A stretch of DNA of 63,823 bases, counting the filler, from Craspedostauros australis (Eukaryota): NCBI GenBank assembly GCA_030167865.1. It is 4 parts of 4 records of this genome, joined end to end, with 100 filler letters (N's around TTAATTAATTAA, not from the genome) between each part and the next. Parts side by side here need not be neighbours in the genome. Positions count along the whole stretch, not along the records: positions 32,463 to 62,288 come from JALAGF010004952.1; 3 more parts are not named here. One strand, 5' to 3'. Within the stretch, counting starts at the first letter, position 1, and each line of letters starts with the position of its first letter. The position numbers were made by a program, and so were the translations under genes. Of the stretch, positions 44,349 through 57,700 are shown piece after piece. The notes below the pieces were generated by a model, which had not been told where the DNA came from, ran no database searches, and was given only the letters and a program-made list of their open reading frames with translations.

Positions 44349-47300
44349 CTACAGCAACGAATTGCGAACGTCCTCCAGCTTCTTGCTGATCTCACCTGCC
44401 GTGCGATCCAGCTGCTCCGCGATCTTCGTTTGCTTGTCATGCGGCAACGCGTTGAAGGCATCGCACAGATCGCCATCCACAATGTGACGCGCCGGTGCGT
44501 AGTACGATCGGTAGGCCTGCGGATCGCGGCCCGTCGGTCGCGGCACCTCGTCTCGCAGGGACCCCTCCAGGTGCGTGTAAAAGTCGACGTCCTCGCGTGA
44601 CATGAACGGCAGCAGGGCGCCGATCTTGCCCGTCGCCGTCACGTAGATCAGCGATTCGGCACCGCCGGCCACCAACGACGCGCGCGTCATGCTCGTCACG
44701 ATCTCGCCGACGTAGTACTGGCACAGCAGCTCCAGCTTCGGCGTCGTCTGGTCGTTCGACGTTTCCCACAGTGCGCGTTGGCCCGTGCGATCGACGACGG
44801 ACGTGTCCGTGCCGCGCGGCAGGCGCAGGACGGAGATGTTGCCGTACTTGTCCCCGACGGCGATGGTGTGGAAGTCCAGCAGCTCCTGGCACACGACAGG
44901 TCGGGGACTGGGATCGCTGGCGATGAGCAGCAGCTTGCTGGAGGTCGGGTCGTACCGCACGATGTGCATCGATCGCAGCATGTCGCCGAAGAAGGCGCGG
45001 TCGCCGGCCGTCTGCAGAGTCTTCACGTACGTCGGCAGTCCGCGCAGTTCGCACTTGCGCAGCAGCTGACGTTTGCCCATTTCGTACAGCCGCAGGGTCT
45101 TGCCGACGCCCACAAGCAGACGACCCTGGAAGTGCGCCAATGCCAGGACGGGACCGTCCTCAACGGCCGTGCGATGCAGCATCTGCAAGCGATCGCCGTT
45201 GACGACGCGGTACAGGATAATGTGGCTCGACTTTTGCTTCAGCGGTTGCAGGTTCATGCCCGTCACGGTACCCACCGCCAGGAGGGATTCGCCGCCGCGC
45301 GTGTGGAATCGCACCGACGTGCAGCACAAGGCAGCCTCGTTGCGGCCCATTTCGACGCATCCCAACGTCGCGCAGTTCTGCGTAGGGTCCAGCAGACGCA
45401 CGCACGATCCCCAGTAGCCCGGACCCGGTGGGACAGGACCGCGGATGGGTGTGGCACGAGCAGTCTTCTCATCTTCGTCGTCCTCGTCGCTATCATCGCT
45501 GTCGTCACTATCGTCACTGTCGCTGCTTTTCTTCTTCTTTTTATCATCCTTCTTCTTGTTGTCATCGTCATCATCGCTGTCTTCATCCATATCCATGGCG
45601 TCGTCATCGTCGCCGCCCTTCGATTTGGTCTTGGCCTTGCCTTCACCCGTGGCGTCGAAGCCCATGGCGTCCTTCTCGGCCTGACCGTAATCATTGTGAT
45701 CGCTCTCGACGACGGCCAGCACGACCTTGCGCTGATCGCTGCTGCCGGTCGACAGCAGGGTCATCTGACGCGGCGTGTACCGCAGATCGACGCGGTTCGT
45801 GTTGAAGGACTCGTCTTCGCCACCTTCCATGCCGGCCGTGTCGACCGAGATGATGCGCAGCGTCTTGCCGGCCGTCGCGACGATGCCCTCGCGCACGGAG
45901 TCGGATTTGAAGGAGCATCCGTGATCGAGCGGGGCGTAGGACAGCGGCGCCATGATATGCTTGCCCGACGTGGAATCGACGCGGCTGATCCATGGTCGTG
46001 ACGACAGCAGCAACGATGCCGAACGCGATTCCAACGACACGCGCGAGACAGACACGGGACGCGCACCCAGGAATCGTCGTGTGGGACTGGTGCCGATGGA
46101 TCCCGTGACGGGGTCGACATGGGCACGCAGGGAAGTTCCGTCCTCGAGACCGATGGTGAGGATAAGATCGGCGCCGCCTCCTCCATTCTCTGATTCGGGC
46201 GCCATCTGCAACGAGACGGAATGCGGACGCGATTTCAGCGCCGTGCTGCTCTTTTGCGTCAGCAGCTTGCCGGGTTCGAGACTGACGATGCGCACGGTCT
46301 GATCGCGACATCCGATGGCCGCAAAGAGGCTGCGGCTGCGTCCCTTGGTGAGCTTGCTGACATCGAGGCAGCAGACGTCGGCGCCCATATCGCGCGTGGC
46401 GCTCTCGCGCAGGTTGCCGCTCATTTCATCGAGTTCGAAGTAGATGACCTCACCACCGGCCAACGCGATGATGACCTGGCTCTCGTTGGCGCTGGCGAAT
46501 TCGATGCGCTTGAGACCGGTGCAGTTCCACTGCTTGGCCTGGCCGCGCTGGATGTGACGCACGCCGGCGGGATGGACCTGGCAGGAAGCCCCGTCGTTGC
46601 CCAAGGCGGAGCACGCCAGGGTGGGTGCGTTGGTGAGGAATCCGGACTCCCTGCCGACCTCCTCGACGGTCTCGCCGATGCTGAGGACGAGGGTGGCGTC
46701 CGCGAACGTGACGACGATGAACTTGTCGTTGGTGGCACGGCCCGATGCGGCGCTCAAGGCTTCTTGCGAATTGTCCGCGATGGTGAAGATGCCACCCGGC
46801 ACACCGGGCAGATCCGAAACTGCCAGCTCCGTGACGGAGGCGCCGTGCCTGAGGATGCGCAGGGAACTGGAGGGACCGCGCCCCGCGAGCGTGTAGATCT
46901 GCGGGCTGACCTCGTTGCCGGCCAATTCTCCGACGAGAACGGAGGTGGTGGGCGAGGGATTGTCGAGAGCGTAGATCTTGCGCAGGTTCTTGAGCACGGT
47001 GGGTTCGAAGGTTGGGGCGAGCTTGGCGGCGTGCTGCGTCGTGAGGAAATCCTGCGCGTCCTTGACGTTCTCGGCCGCGGCGAAGGCCTTGCTCGTGTCT
47101 TCGTGCGTCGTGGTGACGGCGTCGGGCAGGTTGATGCGTTCGAACTGGTAGAGATGATGATCCCCGAATTCTGCAGCCGCGAAGAGCATGCCGAGCTTGC
47201 TGATGTTCATGGCGTTGGCAACGGGCAAGGTGTCGAGGAGGGAGCAGGTCATGCCCGTGACCTTGGTCTTGTCGGTGGGATCGAGCTGCAGGGAGACCTT

Positions 47301-48536
47301 GTAGACATCGCCGAGCTCGGACTGCGCCAGCGCGAAGAATTTGGATTTCTTCTGGCGATGCACGACGACCTGCGTGATGAGGACGCCCTTGCCGTCGGGA
47401 TGCAGCTTGCGCCTCGGTATCGCGCAGACGATCTTGTTGAATTCCTTGTGCTGGTTGGCCTGCACGCCGTCGATGACCATGAAGTCGTCCTCCTTGGCGA
47501 CGTTGACCGTCTCGTGCAGGTACTCGATCCAATCCTCGCCTCCCACGAGGACCCCGCTGGGGCCATCGGCGCCGCCCGGCAGAGCCGCCATGCAGCAGGC
47601 CGTCCTGTGCGCCGTGGTGGCCCATCGGCGGCTGACGTGGTTCAAGCCCAGATCGAGCTCGTAGTAGGCCAGCTGCTTCGTGAGATGCTGCACGGCCTCG
47701 GCGCTCATGTCGTCACCTTCCTCCGCGTCGGGATACTGCAGCTCCAGCGTGGCGAAGACAGGATTGTCGTAGCCGTTGTCGAGCCCTACGGTGGCGAATG
47801 TGATGGTGCGGCCGCGATGCGCCTCGAGGGGACTGGCCATGGTGGGCTTGCCGGCGGCGTCGCGGTTGAGGACGTAGACGAGCTTGCGCTTTTCGATGGC
47901 CGAGACCATGACGGCACGTCCCTTGGGATCGCCGGCCAGGTAGTTGCCCGGCGTCGATCGGCGGCATCCCGTCTTTCCGAAGGTGCGGCAGTGCACGATG
48001 CTGGCCGCGCCGCCCTCAAAGTCGAGCACGGACAGGGCGCCGCCGTCGGCCCCGATGCTGACGACGTCGCGCTTCTCGCCCGTCAATCGCAGCACCGTGA
48101 TGGATCGCAGGATGCTCCGCGTCTCGAGCCGCGTGATGAGCTTCAGGTACGTCCGCTGGTTGCTCTCGTCGTCGTCGTCCTCATCGTCGTCGTTGTCCTC
48201 CTTCTTGCCGCCGCCGCCTTCCGTCTCCGTCACGATGCGATACAGCTCGATGGCCCCGCCGCTCTTGAGCATGCAGATCTCCTGGTTGCCGGATGCCGTG
48301 AATTCGCCGATCGCGGAAGTCACGATGGCTCCCGAGGGCTTGAGCCGCATGTCCAGCAGCTTCATGGCGATGGCGCTGACGGGCACGCCCTGCGCATCGG
48401 CGTTGGCAGCCGCGGAGGCATCCCCGCTGGCACCGCCGCCCTTGCCGCTGCCGCTGGGGTCATTGGCGTTGGAGCTGCCGTCGCCCGAAGATCCGCCCTT
48501 GCTGGCGTCGTTGCCCGCTGCTGCGTTGGGACCCAT
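44349..48536 (-). CDS. SF3B3: Splicing factor 3B subunit 3 (SAP130/Rse1)
   Basis: Intronless 1395 aa. Motifs TFGKTGCRR..PG.YLA.DPKGRAVM, SPLEAH, YELDLGLNHV, ILRHG..V.ELAVS.LPG, GKRQLLRKCE and YRSYYAP...VDGDLC. Confidence 0.95.
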   Translation of the reverse strand: MGPNAAAGNDASKGGSSGDGSSNANDPSGSGKGGGASGDASAAANADAQGVPVSAIAMKLLDMRLKPSGAIVTSAIGEFTASGNQEICMLKSGGAIELYRIVTETEGGGGKKEDNDDDEDDDDESNQRTYLKLITRLETRSILRSITVLRLTGEKRDVVSIGADGGALSVLDFEGGAASIVHCRTFGKTGCRRSTPGNYLAGDPKGRAVMVSAIEKRKLVYVLNRDAAGKPTMASPLEAHRGRTITFATVGLDNGYDNPVFATLELQYPDAEEGDDMSAEAVQHLTKQLAYYELDLGLNHVSRRWATTAHRTACCMAALPGGADGPSGVLVGGEDWIEYLHETVNVAKEDDFMVIDGVQANQHKEFNKIVCAIPRRKLHPDGKGVLITQVVVHRQKKSKFFALAQSELGDVYKVSLQLDPTDKTKVTGMTCSLLDTLPVANAMNISKLGMLFAAAEFGDHHLYQFERINLPDAVTTTHEDTSKAFAAAENVKDAQDFLTTQHAAKLAPTFEPTVLKNLRKIYALDNPSPTTSVLVGELAGNEVSPQIYTLAGRGPSSSLRILRHGASVTELAVSDLPGVPGGIFTIADNSQEALSAASGRATNDKFIVVTFADATLVLSIGETVEEVGRESGFLTNAPTLACSALGNDGASCQVHPAGVRHIQRGQAKQWNCTGLKRIEFASANESQVIIALAGGEVIYFELDEMSGNLRESATRDMGADVCCLDVSKLTKGRSRSLFAAIGCRDQTVRIVSLEPGKLLTQKSSTALKSRPHSVSLQMAPESENGGGGADLILTIGLEDGTSLRAHVDPVTGSIGTSPTRRFLGARPVSVSRVSLESRSASLLLSSRPWISRVDSTSGKHIMAPLSYAPLDHGCSFKSDSVREGIVATAGKTLRIISVDTAGMEGGEDESFNTNRVDLRYTPRQMTLLSTGSSDQRKVVLAVVESDHNDYGQAEKDAMGFDATGEGKAKTKSKGGDDDDAMDMDEDSDDDDDNKKKDDKKKKKSSDSDDSDDSDDSDEDDEDEKTARATPIRGPVPPGPGYWGSCVRLLDPTQNCATLGCVEMGRNEAALCCTSVRFHTRGGESLLAVGTVTGMNLQPLKQKSSHIILYRVVNGDRLQMLHRTAVEDGPVLALAHFQGRLLVGVGKTLRLYEMGKRQLLRKCELRGLPTYVKTLQTAGDRAFFGDMLRSMHIVRYDPTSSKLLLIASDPSPRPVVCQELLDFHTIAVGDKYGNISVLRLPRGTDTSVVDRTGQRALWETSNDQTTPKLELLCQYYVGEIVTSMTRASLVAGGAESLIYVTATGKIGALLPFMSREDVDFYTHLEGSLRDEVPRPTGRDPQAYRSYYAPARHIVDGDLCDAFNALPHDKQTKIAEQLDRTAGEISKKLEDVRNSLL

Positions 48537-49509
48537 GTCTCGTATTCTTTCCTTGTTGCCGTTGCTATTGTTGCTGCTGTTGCTATTGTTGCTGTTGCTG
48601 TTGTTGGGTATGCCTCACACTGTTGGGTTGGTTGGCTGAATGGATGGATGGATGGATTGCACCTTGCTGATGCAGATGGATGCGGATTGATGGAATGAAG
48701 AGATGAAAGTGGGTACAGGAACGAAATGATCTGCTTTTTGTTTTTTCTTGTGGTGGTGAAGGGCTGGCTGAACATGTTGAATCGAAGTAATCCAACACCA
48801 TCCTAAACATGACTCAATAAGGTATCTTCTGGAACATTCAAAGGGTGTGGAAGTTGGAGGTGTCAGCTATCATACGTATTGCGTTGCGTGGCATGCATTG
48901 ATGCATCAATCAATCAAGCAAGCAATCAATAGTCGTACGTGGAATAGATCCATCCATTGATTGGTGTAAAACAACTGTGCAATGCATTCACAATATGTGC
49001 GCATGCGACCATCAAGTGCGGGGCACGATATGACAAGAGAGAGGTGTCAGAACTCAATCACGTCTACACTACCCTGCCTGCGACTAGGATGGGATTACAG
49101 CACATGATAGCAGGATATCTTCTTCGATCTTCCATTCATCCATCATTAGGAACGAGCTGTACTTGATAGTCTCGCAAAATCGTTTGAAATGCTTAACTGT
49201 TACAGTGTGTGGTATCGCATTCGCAGCGTATCCGTAGTATACATACACGTTGGTGAGTGTTCAGTGGGGAGTACAGTCATAGGATAGAACTCTGTTGCAG
49301 TGTAGTTGTACAGCAGCGTCATTCATAGGAAGGCATTGCATCGTAGTGGAGTTGAGAGTGTGGATACTCTTATTGTGTATTGGTGGTAGTGTACATACAG
49401 GGTGTCTGTGAAAAGACGTTCTTGCATGCTGGATGTACTGTCCTCATGTTTGGTGCTGGGATGATGAAAAAAGGTGCAATTGCATGGAGTGCTTCAGAGT
49501 ACGAAGACT

Positions 49510-50718
49510 CTAGGAGAAGCACTGCTGCAGCTTGGTGTGCACCATGAGGAAGGGCGTGAGGACGTTGCACTCCGAGAGCTGAGATGGGTGCAGGAGATCA
49601 TCACCCTGATTGATCATCTCATCGTCCTCAATGGCCTTGCGCCAGTTGAAGCGCTCAGCGGGAAAGTCGAGGACGTCGCGGTGTTTGATGTCCTCGTCCG
49701 ATGTCATCCGCATGTGATCGGGGACCTTGCGCGAGTGGGTGGGGATGGGATGGATCCTGGCGTTGGGTTCGAAGGTGACGGACTGCATGGGGGCGACGGA
49801 CTGGGCCTCCTCTTCCGGAGCGGTGATGATAGTCGCAGCATGAGCGCTGCAGTTGGACACGGAAGCGTCGTTCCCATGGTCTGCCCCCTTGGCAGTTTGC
49901 ATGACGCTCGTGAGGTTCGACACAACTTGCTGCGTTGGTTGCTCCTGCTGCTGTTGCTGAGATTCTTCGTTCTCAGAGCCATCAGTGGAGGGCGCAGCCG
50001 TAGATTCGGTCGTAGATTCTGTGTCGTTTGTCTTTTCTTCTTTCGTTTGTGTCCCTTCTTCTTGTTGTTGTTGCTGTTCTTTCTCTTCTGCTGGCTGTTG
50101 CGTTTCAGCTTGAGCCTGCGATGATTCCTCCTGCTCCTGCTGCGGCGTGCTTCTCTGCTGATTGCGTCGCCGAATGTGAGGCTGAAGGTGGGCTGTGAGA
50201 TTCGGAATGATGCGTCTGGTACGTGGCTGTTGCTGCTGCTGCTGCTGCGACGTGGGTCCCAGGGCACCGCATCGATTGAGGAAGCCAGCTCGGAAGTTGC
50301 GGCTGCTGGATGTGCACATGGTGCTGTTGGGGCGCTTGAGGACGGCGACTTGCACCGGTTGCACCTGATTGCGATGTGCGGGTCTAGCTCGAGTGTAAGG
50401 ACGCGGTTGTGGACGTGTGAGTGGTTGCTGCTGCGGTTGCGATTGCGGCTGCTGCTGCGTTGGTTGTTGCTGTCTGGGTGGCATGGTGGATGTGCGTTGA
50501 TGTGATTGCGATTGTGGGAGATTGTGAGAAGAGTGGAGGGAGTTGGTGCTGTGGCTCGTGTTGCTCGCGGTGGATGATGTGCTTCCAGTGGAAGCGCTTG
50601 ACGTCGCTTGGTGCAAACGGCGTTGTTGCATGCACTGCTGCTGCAAGTGCGACTGTGGTCGCAACTGCGGCTGTTGATACGAGATTGTGGAGTGAGCGCT
50701 GCTGCTAGTGTTGACCAT
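49510..50718 (-). CDS. Q/S-rich hypothetical protein with short conserved-looking C-terminal domain
   Basis: 402-aa ATG ORF with poly-Q. Has FRAGFLNRCG and SVTF....IHPIP...F..E.F.WR...ED..M motifs of a kind seen in diatom-specific proteins. Confidence 0.55.
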   Translation of the reverse strand: MVNTSSSAHSTISYQQPQLRPQSHLQQQCMQQRRLHQATSSASTGSTSSTASNTSHSTNSLHSSHNLPQSQSHQRTSTMPPRQQQPTQQQPQSQPQQQPLTRPQPRPYTRARPAHRNQVQPVQVAVLKRPNSTMCTSSSRNFRAGFLNRCGALGPTSQQQQQQQPRTRRIIPNLTAHLQPHIRRRNQQRSTPQQEQEESSQAQAETQQPAEEKEQQQQQEEGTQTKEEKTNDTESTTESTAAPSTDGSENEESQQQQQEQPTQQVVSNLTSVMQTAKGADHGNDASVSNCSAHAATIITAPEEEAQSVAPMQSVTFEPNARIHPIPTHSRKVPDHMRMTSDEDIKHRDVLDFPAERFNWRKAIEDDEMINQGDDLLHPSQLSECNVLTPFLMVHTKLQQCFS

Positions 50719-53700
50719 CGCTGCTCAAGGCTGGTCGCACTGCGCTGGCTGTCGTGTGAACGTGAAAAGGACTCTTTTCGGCTCTTTCGTTGCTGCTGAT
50801 GGTTCGGTCCCAGGGTCTGATCGCGTGCTCTGTAGTTCCTCGCGGTTGTTCTGATGCCTTCTGATCGTCCAATCGCCGGTTGCTGAGTTTGTATTTGTGG
50901 GCGATGCGTGATGACTATTGTGTCAAGAAGAGAGGTGGAGTGGAGGGAAGTGCAATGGAACTTGCTCCTGCTGGTTGAGAAAGTGGGCGTCACAATCCCA
51001 TCCAACGACAAGGAACCAACAACCAACAACAACAACAACACCGACAAAGAGCCTTCCACAGAAGATGAGGACGATGATGTCCACTTTTTGTTGGCAGTGA
51101 TGCTTTCGCGCACTCTGCTTTCTGTGTTGTTGCTCTCTTTGGCCTCACCGTCTCAACGCGGTCAAGTGACCAGTTTGCCAATACGTTGGTTCTGGATGTG
51201 CGTGATTCTTGACCGCGTGCGCAGATTCCGTGCTGACTCGTTGTGCACTTCTTCGGGCTAATTTCGGGCCGTTTCTCTCTCTTTCTGGGTTCGCGTGTAC
51301 TGCGAGTAACACGATAACTGCTGAACTTTCGCATCACTGCTCGCGTAGAACGAGTACTGCAGCCTTATGTACGTCAGCGCAACAAAACGGAATTTTGCTG
51401 GCTAGGACATCATCTGATTGGCCGAGAATCTCGCCAGCGCGAAGCGTGTCAACTGTCTGTGCTGTGTTGTTCTGGTGGAGCACGAATTACTCACAGACAA
51501 GGCGACAAAAAGCGTGTTTTCGTGGCGTGGACGCAACTCGACAGTTCACGACAAGACACAACAAGACACGACACAACCTGGATTCGCACACAAAGTGGGA
51601 CAAGAAGTCCCACAGACAGAACCAGACCATCACGGAACAAGGGCAGCGACACAAACAACACAAAAGGAGAAGGCCCAAAAGGAACCAGAACAACGACAAC
51701 CCACGAAGAACGCAGAAAAAATGACGTCGAACCTCTTGATTGGAGATTTGGGCACGGAACAAACGCAGGTGGCCATCATCGGCCAGACTTCTTTCTGCTG
51801 GAAGTCGTGACGAGATCAGAACAACGTCGCACTTATGCTATACTCACGATTGCTTCGGTGATGGTGGCAGTGCGCGATCAATGTAGACAAAGTGGAAAGA
51901 ACAAAGAAAAAGAATGAGCAAAGCAGAAGAAGAGAGAGAGCAGGCAGGTCCATGACTGCGGACAACGATGAGACCCTCGGGCAGTGGTGACGATGGATGC
52001 CGATACATTCATTCATTCTTCCGTCTGTTCCGCCGCAGCACCAATGCACGACTACAACAGCCAGCACTCCACGAGAATTCTTCTTCTGCATCGCATTCTC
52101 CACCGTCTTTCCGAACTCACATCGCACGGCTCACAAGGTGTTCCCATGAATACCAACTCCCACAATGGTGCACTTGCGTTCCGATCTGTCCCTTTCCCGA
52201 TCCCGTTATCATGCGTTCTCATCTGCGTCGGTACACGAGGCCCAATGCTATCAATTGCGGAAGTGTTCCACCTTGGCTTTGGGAACCGAAGGCTCATTTC
52301 AGAATTGCGTGCCGAAGTCGCAAGGAAGGAATGATGTCGCGTTTGCGTGCCCTGTTGATTGCCGCGTCTTCGGTGGCGACGTGTAGCATGAGAGAAGGAA
52401 GGAATCAGCGACGTGTGCTTCTTCGCGTGCTTGCGTGTATCGTGTATGGTCCTTGCCACAATTGTCTCGTTGCTCATCGCATGCTGTGAGTGTGCCAAAC
52501 ACGCAATGATCCACCAATGGATGAGCAGACCTCGCAGGAACCTGTAGGATACAGGTCTTCAGGATCGCAATACACGTAGGCAACATGGACAATCAATAAC
52601 TGAATGAATGAGGAATGAATGAATGAGACGATCTATTCGTACCGTCGCGGGTGGCGTCCAAGCGAGACCATCGTTGCTGTCTTCAACTCCATCTTCATAT
52701 TTCCTGAGCATGGCGTCAACCCCGATCGACCGCTGTTCCTTGTCAATGTGCGCCCGACCCATCCATGTATAATATAAGAATTGTTTGTCCAGGATCATTG
52801 GCAGGTGCTGAATTGTGTGCTGAGGTGCATCCTGAAGGCCGACGTGCGGGTCTCCAACGTGAGGTGCTGTGTTCTCTTTGCATGGCATGATGGGACGGAA
52901 CGTAATGTTTGTTCAAACACAGGCATTTGAAAAGTGAAGCCGATTGCAATTGCAGTCGGCATTTCCAAACCCGTGCACCCTGTTGGTGTTGTCCCAATCG
53001 TGCGCCTCGTCATGATCGCATGGAGCACCAGTGATTGTGATGAACCTCTCTTTGTCGTTGCACACCAGAGCATGTATTCCGCTGCTGCTGCTTCCGTCCA
53101 TCCATTTGTTGAACACGCAAAACATTGAAAATACACAGAATGTTCTGTTCTTCTCTGATCTTGTCTGATCTGATGTTCTCATCGTTTGGGAGATTGCAGG
53201 AGGTACGTATGATGTGTTGCACCTGTGTGGATACCACGAGGCATGAACAGCAGTACTCTGCAACAGAGTCACAGCCTGCCCCCACCCACCCACCATAATC
53301 TGCTACGCCGGACACTTGACGATGTAGACGTAATGCGCATCACGCACCACCGTGTATCGCACATCGGGATACGTGACGTTGAAGCGCCGCATGTTCTTGT
53401 CCTGCAAGCTGCCCACCTCGACGAGCATGCGAAAGAGGATGTCCATCTCGTGCGGCGTGATACGGCTGTCGCAGCGCAGGGGTTTGCCCGTCTGGGGATG
53501 CAGCACGCATGAGGGCGTGTGCGGCAGGTCCAGCATGGGCGGCGGTGTCGTGTGGATGGGTGGTTCCATCGTTGTGTCGCGCGGGGTAGATTAGGCTGTG
53601 GTGACGAGGGTGAATGTGCGCTGCTCTGTATCTTGGCCTTGTGTGATTGCGCAGGGGTGGAGATGATTGGATCTTTGGATCTTGCTCTGCTCTCTTGCTT

Positions 53701-54776
53701 TTGTTGTGGTGTCTTGCTTCCTTGTTTCTTGCTTCTTGCTTCCTTGTTTCTTGTGCGCTGTTTGTGGTGGCTGTTCCCACATGTTCGTTGTTGTGTTTGG
53801 TGGTGTGATTGGTGTCGCGATTGGTGTGACAAGCAACGTCGGTGTGTGTGACTCGTGTCCCGCCAAAATCGTTCGACAGATTTCTTGCGCGCATTGACAG
53901 GTACTTAGTTAGATCTCGGATGATCCGCGTGACGCGACTCATTTATCAACGACATTCCAAAACAAGCTTTTCATAAATATGCGCTTCGCTCAGCGTAGCA
54001 TACAACTATGTACAATCCGTATCCATATATAACGACTGCGACACCAACCCAACTTGGTGGACCCTCCATCCGCCCCAGATTTGCTGCTGCTCACAAAAAG
54101 GGCGTGCGCAACCGAACAGCCGCAAGTCGGACACCAGCAGCAGCAGCGTGGTGTCGTTGTGGTGCAGTAGTGTGCTGTGTTGTTGGTAGTAACAGGAGCG
54201 TGGAAGCAAACAGAAGGCACACACAAAGCGCACGACACGAAAACACTCGAATTCACACATTGATCCACTCACACAAAAACAAACAAACAAAAACCAAAAC
54301 AAATTGGGCAATCCATCGAACGCAGACGACAGACACGGGACCATCCCCGCAGCTCTTGGCGAACGCAGGCAGGCAGTTCTCCTCTCTTCATGTCCCACAA
54401 CCACTCTTGCGAGACAAAACGTGGACATTGAGGCGTCCTATCGTACGATACCATTACTAGTATATATTGCATTATATACAATAGTAGAGTTAGTGCGGTG
54501 GTGGCAACAACTCGGCGTTCCTTGTTGGAGACACACCACCGACCGATCTATTGGTGGAGTACGACTATTGGTATCAAGCAATCCATCAGTCAATCCATCA
54601 GTCAATCTCTCAGCCAAGCGGTCAAACTGTGCGAAGAAGGAAAGCACAGACAGCATATACCATACCAGAGACCATAACAGCTACCATAGCGGATAGCAGA
54701 TTGGACGTACTCGTTGACCACACAGACGATCAGACCCAACGACAACTGCGATAGGGCACGAGTTATTAGTGTTAGC

Positions 54777-57700
54777 ATGGTGACACCAGGCGCGAGAAGG
54801 AGGAGCAACTCCAACGCCTCTGCGGCGGCTTCGGGAGATGCTTCCACAACAGCTTCAACACCAGCTGCATCCACATCAGCAGCCTCAACATCTACATCGA
54901 CATCCACCACAAAAACAACCAAAGCCACCAAAACCATCAAGAGCAGTACCAAGAGCGCTACGAAGAGCACTACGAAGAGCAAAACGAAAAGCAGCATCAA
55001 GAGCACTGCCAGCACTACCAGCAACCCTACAAGCAGCCCCAAGAGCAACCACCTGAAGGGACTGTCCCTCAGAGGCAGCTCGCGTCGCTCATCACGCACT
55101 GCGACGCCCACACAAAAGCGCCGCGTGAGGGGCCTTCCCGTCAGCCGCTCCAGGAGCAGAAGCAACGTCACAGCTGATGACGACGATGACGATCACAGCG
55201 AAACCGCTGCCAAGCGTTCCCCTCCGTCTGCCACGGGCAAGGCCAGAGCGCAGCGCAGCCCTAGGACAAAGCGCGCCACGAGATCCGTCGATGCGTCCGA
55301 TGAGGATTCCGTCACGGCGAATACCCGGTCTTCCGCCAAAAGGGCATCGTCCAAGGCGACTTCCCGGTCCACGGCCGCCTCGGCCAGAGCTGCGAAGGCC
55401 GCCGCCGCGACTGCCAACCCCGTTCCCAGTTCTGCCGTCAGCAGCAGCAGAGCGAAAGCACGCGGCACCGCGCCCACGCACAACTCCGAACGTTCCCTGC
55501 ATCTCTCGGTACCCAAACCACTCACGGCCGCGATCAAAGGAAAATCGGTCAAGGTCAATATCACCGTCAACTCGGTCCCCTACGTCAGCCAGCAGCATTC
55601 CAACGGCAGCCAGCTGAATGCCGCGCTCGGACCCGGCGTCGCCACCGTCAACATCATGGGCAACGACGGCAACCTCTTCTACTGCCACGAATGCAAGGGC
55701 TTCGGCGACGTCGTCTGCTGCGACGGCTGCCCCCACGTCTTTCATCCCAAATGCATCCCGCCCGGACCCTCGCGCAAATCCCTCCTCAACGACGACGATC
55801 CCTGGTTCTGCCCCACATGCATGCGCGCCAAATCGCGACGCCGCAAGGTCGTGCGCACGATCAAGCGCCGCTGCTGCGAATGCCACCAATCGCATGTGCA
55901 GCTCGAACCCTGCGAAGGATGCGGGGCCTATCTGCATTATCCGTCGTGCGGTATCGGCGCGGACGTGATCAATACGGGCGCCGTGCTGTGTTCGACGTGC
56001 CGTTCCGAAATGGCGCAGACGCAGGAGGAGGAAGACGAATTGCAGACGAAGCGCAAGCGCGACGATGTCGCCGTGGCCGATACGATCCGCAGCGAAGCGC
56101 GGTCGTCTGAAACGAAGCGGTTCAAGCGTAAGCTTGTTTCCACGGATGATGATGCCTCCGTCGGCAGCGGCGGTGCGGCCAAGTCGAAAGCGGCGCGGCC
56201 CAAGGATCCCAGCCGCGCTGCGCCTGACAGTGCCAAGAAGCGAAAGCGGACAGGTTCCGTGGATTCCGTGCGCTCGGTGACGGTCGCTCCTGCATCGCAG
56301 AACACCAAGAAACTCAAGATGGACAAGAAGAACAAACGACAGCGTCCCGGCGTGAAGGAAGACGAATCGGCTCAAGATGGAGACAAGGACGACAAAAAGC
56401 CCGCGCCAACGACAACAACGACGGATGCCAAGGAGGCGGCGGACAATCCCCTCGCGCAGCTCTACTCCAACGGCCTCGTCAAGTCGACACCAGCATTCTT
56501 CTTCTTTTTGGCCGAAAATCGCGGCAAGATTGAGCGCGCCTTGTCTCGCAAGCACCGCATCTTCAACCGCCTTCCCAAGGGCATGGAACGCAACCAGCTC
56601 GTCGCCAAGGAGGCCGCGCAATGGTGGGTCGAACTGAAGCCGGCGGAGGTGCGGCGGTATATGAACAACTCCATCAAGGACTTTGAGCACAAGATCATCG
56701 AGTGGAAGGAAGAGAAGAACCTGCGCGACATGATGCAGGAAACGCATGGGGCTGAGGAACCGCCGTCCGAGGAAGACGACACAAAAGAGGTCAGTCTGCC
56801 GAACACGGACTCCCTCGCCTACTACAAGCACATGCGTCTCTACCTCGGCACGACCGTCGGCAGCAAGCCCTTCCGACCGGAACCTGGAGTCAGCCACAAT
56901 CGCATCCTCCTCGAGCTTCTGCAGGACATCCGATTCCATCCCGTCCCCATGTTCAGCTTGCAGCGCGCCAAGGTGGAATACGCCCAGGTGGATCCTTCGC
57001 GCGTCACCATCCCGCACTTTGACGTGCATGGACCCGTCTCCACCAGCGTCGGCGACGAATGCTTGGGCTGCACGCGCGGCTGGAATCATCACTGCAACGT
57101 TCTCAAGCGACGTCTGCCCGCCATCGAGCATCGCGCCAAGCTGCAGCCGCCATTGAGCTCCCTGCTGGCCACGCGCATCGGCCTCGGTCTGAGATACCGA
57201 CCATTCTCCACTACGTTGCCACCGGAGAAGGAGGAGGAAGCGCGCGGGATCCATCCCTTCCAATGCCGCGAGGTGCGCGAGGCCAAGCTGCATCGCCATA
57301 TGCCGATCGTGCCGTGGGACAGTCTCTCCAGTCCTGGTTCCAGAGCCGATGACATTGTCGAATTCATCGAGGAGGCCATCGCTATGCGTATCCCGGAACC
57401 GACACGGCCGCTGAATCCCAACCTCGTCCGCAGCGAGAACAAGAAGGCCCTCTCGAAACGAGTCATGCTGCCGACGCGCGAACGCCGGCGCTTCGTGGAC
57501 CCCATGTCGGCAAGCGCGGGTCCCACCATCATGTGCGTGCCCATCAACAAGTGCGGTCGCTGCCGCACCGTCATCCAGACCGACACGGGATGCATCCAAT
57601 GTCGCCGAGCGCAGCTCGTCATCAACACCTCCAAGCGGGTGCCGATCGCGGGCAAGTTGGGGCCCAAGGGCAGTGATGGCAAGACTCCCAAGCTGCTCTG

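Noticed and set aside
46221..48698. 825-aa ORF antisense to SF3B3 (also antisense ORFs over VTC4 and the PhoX genes)
   Set aside because: Shadow ORFs arising from GC3-rich codon usage, with no domain motifs.
51418..53942. Several short ORFs, including 53303-53569 (MEPPIH...)
   Set aside because: No recognisable motifs and no exon chain I could validate. A small gene is possible but unsupported.
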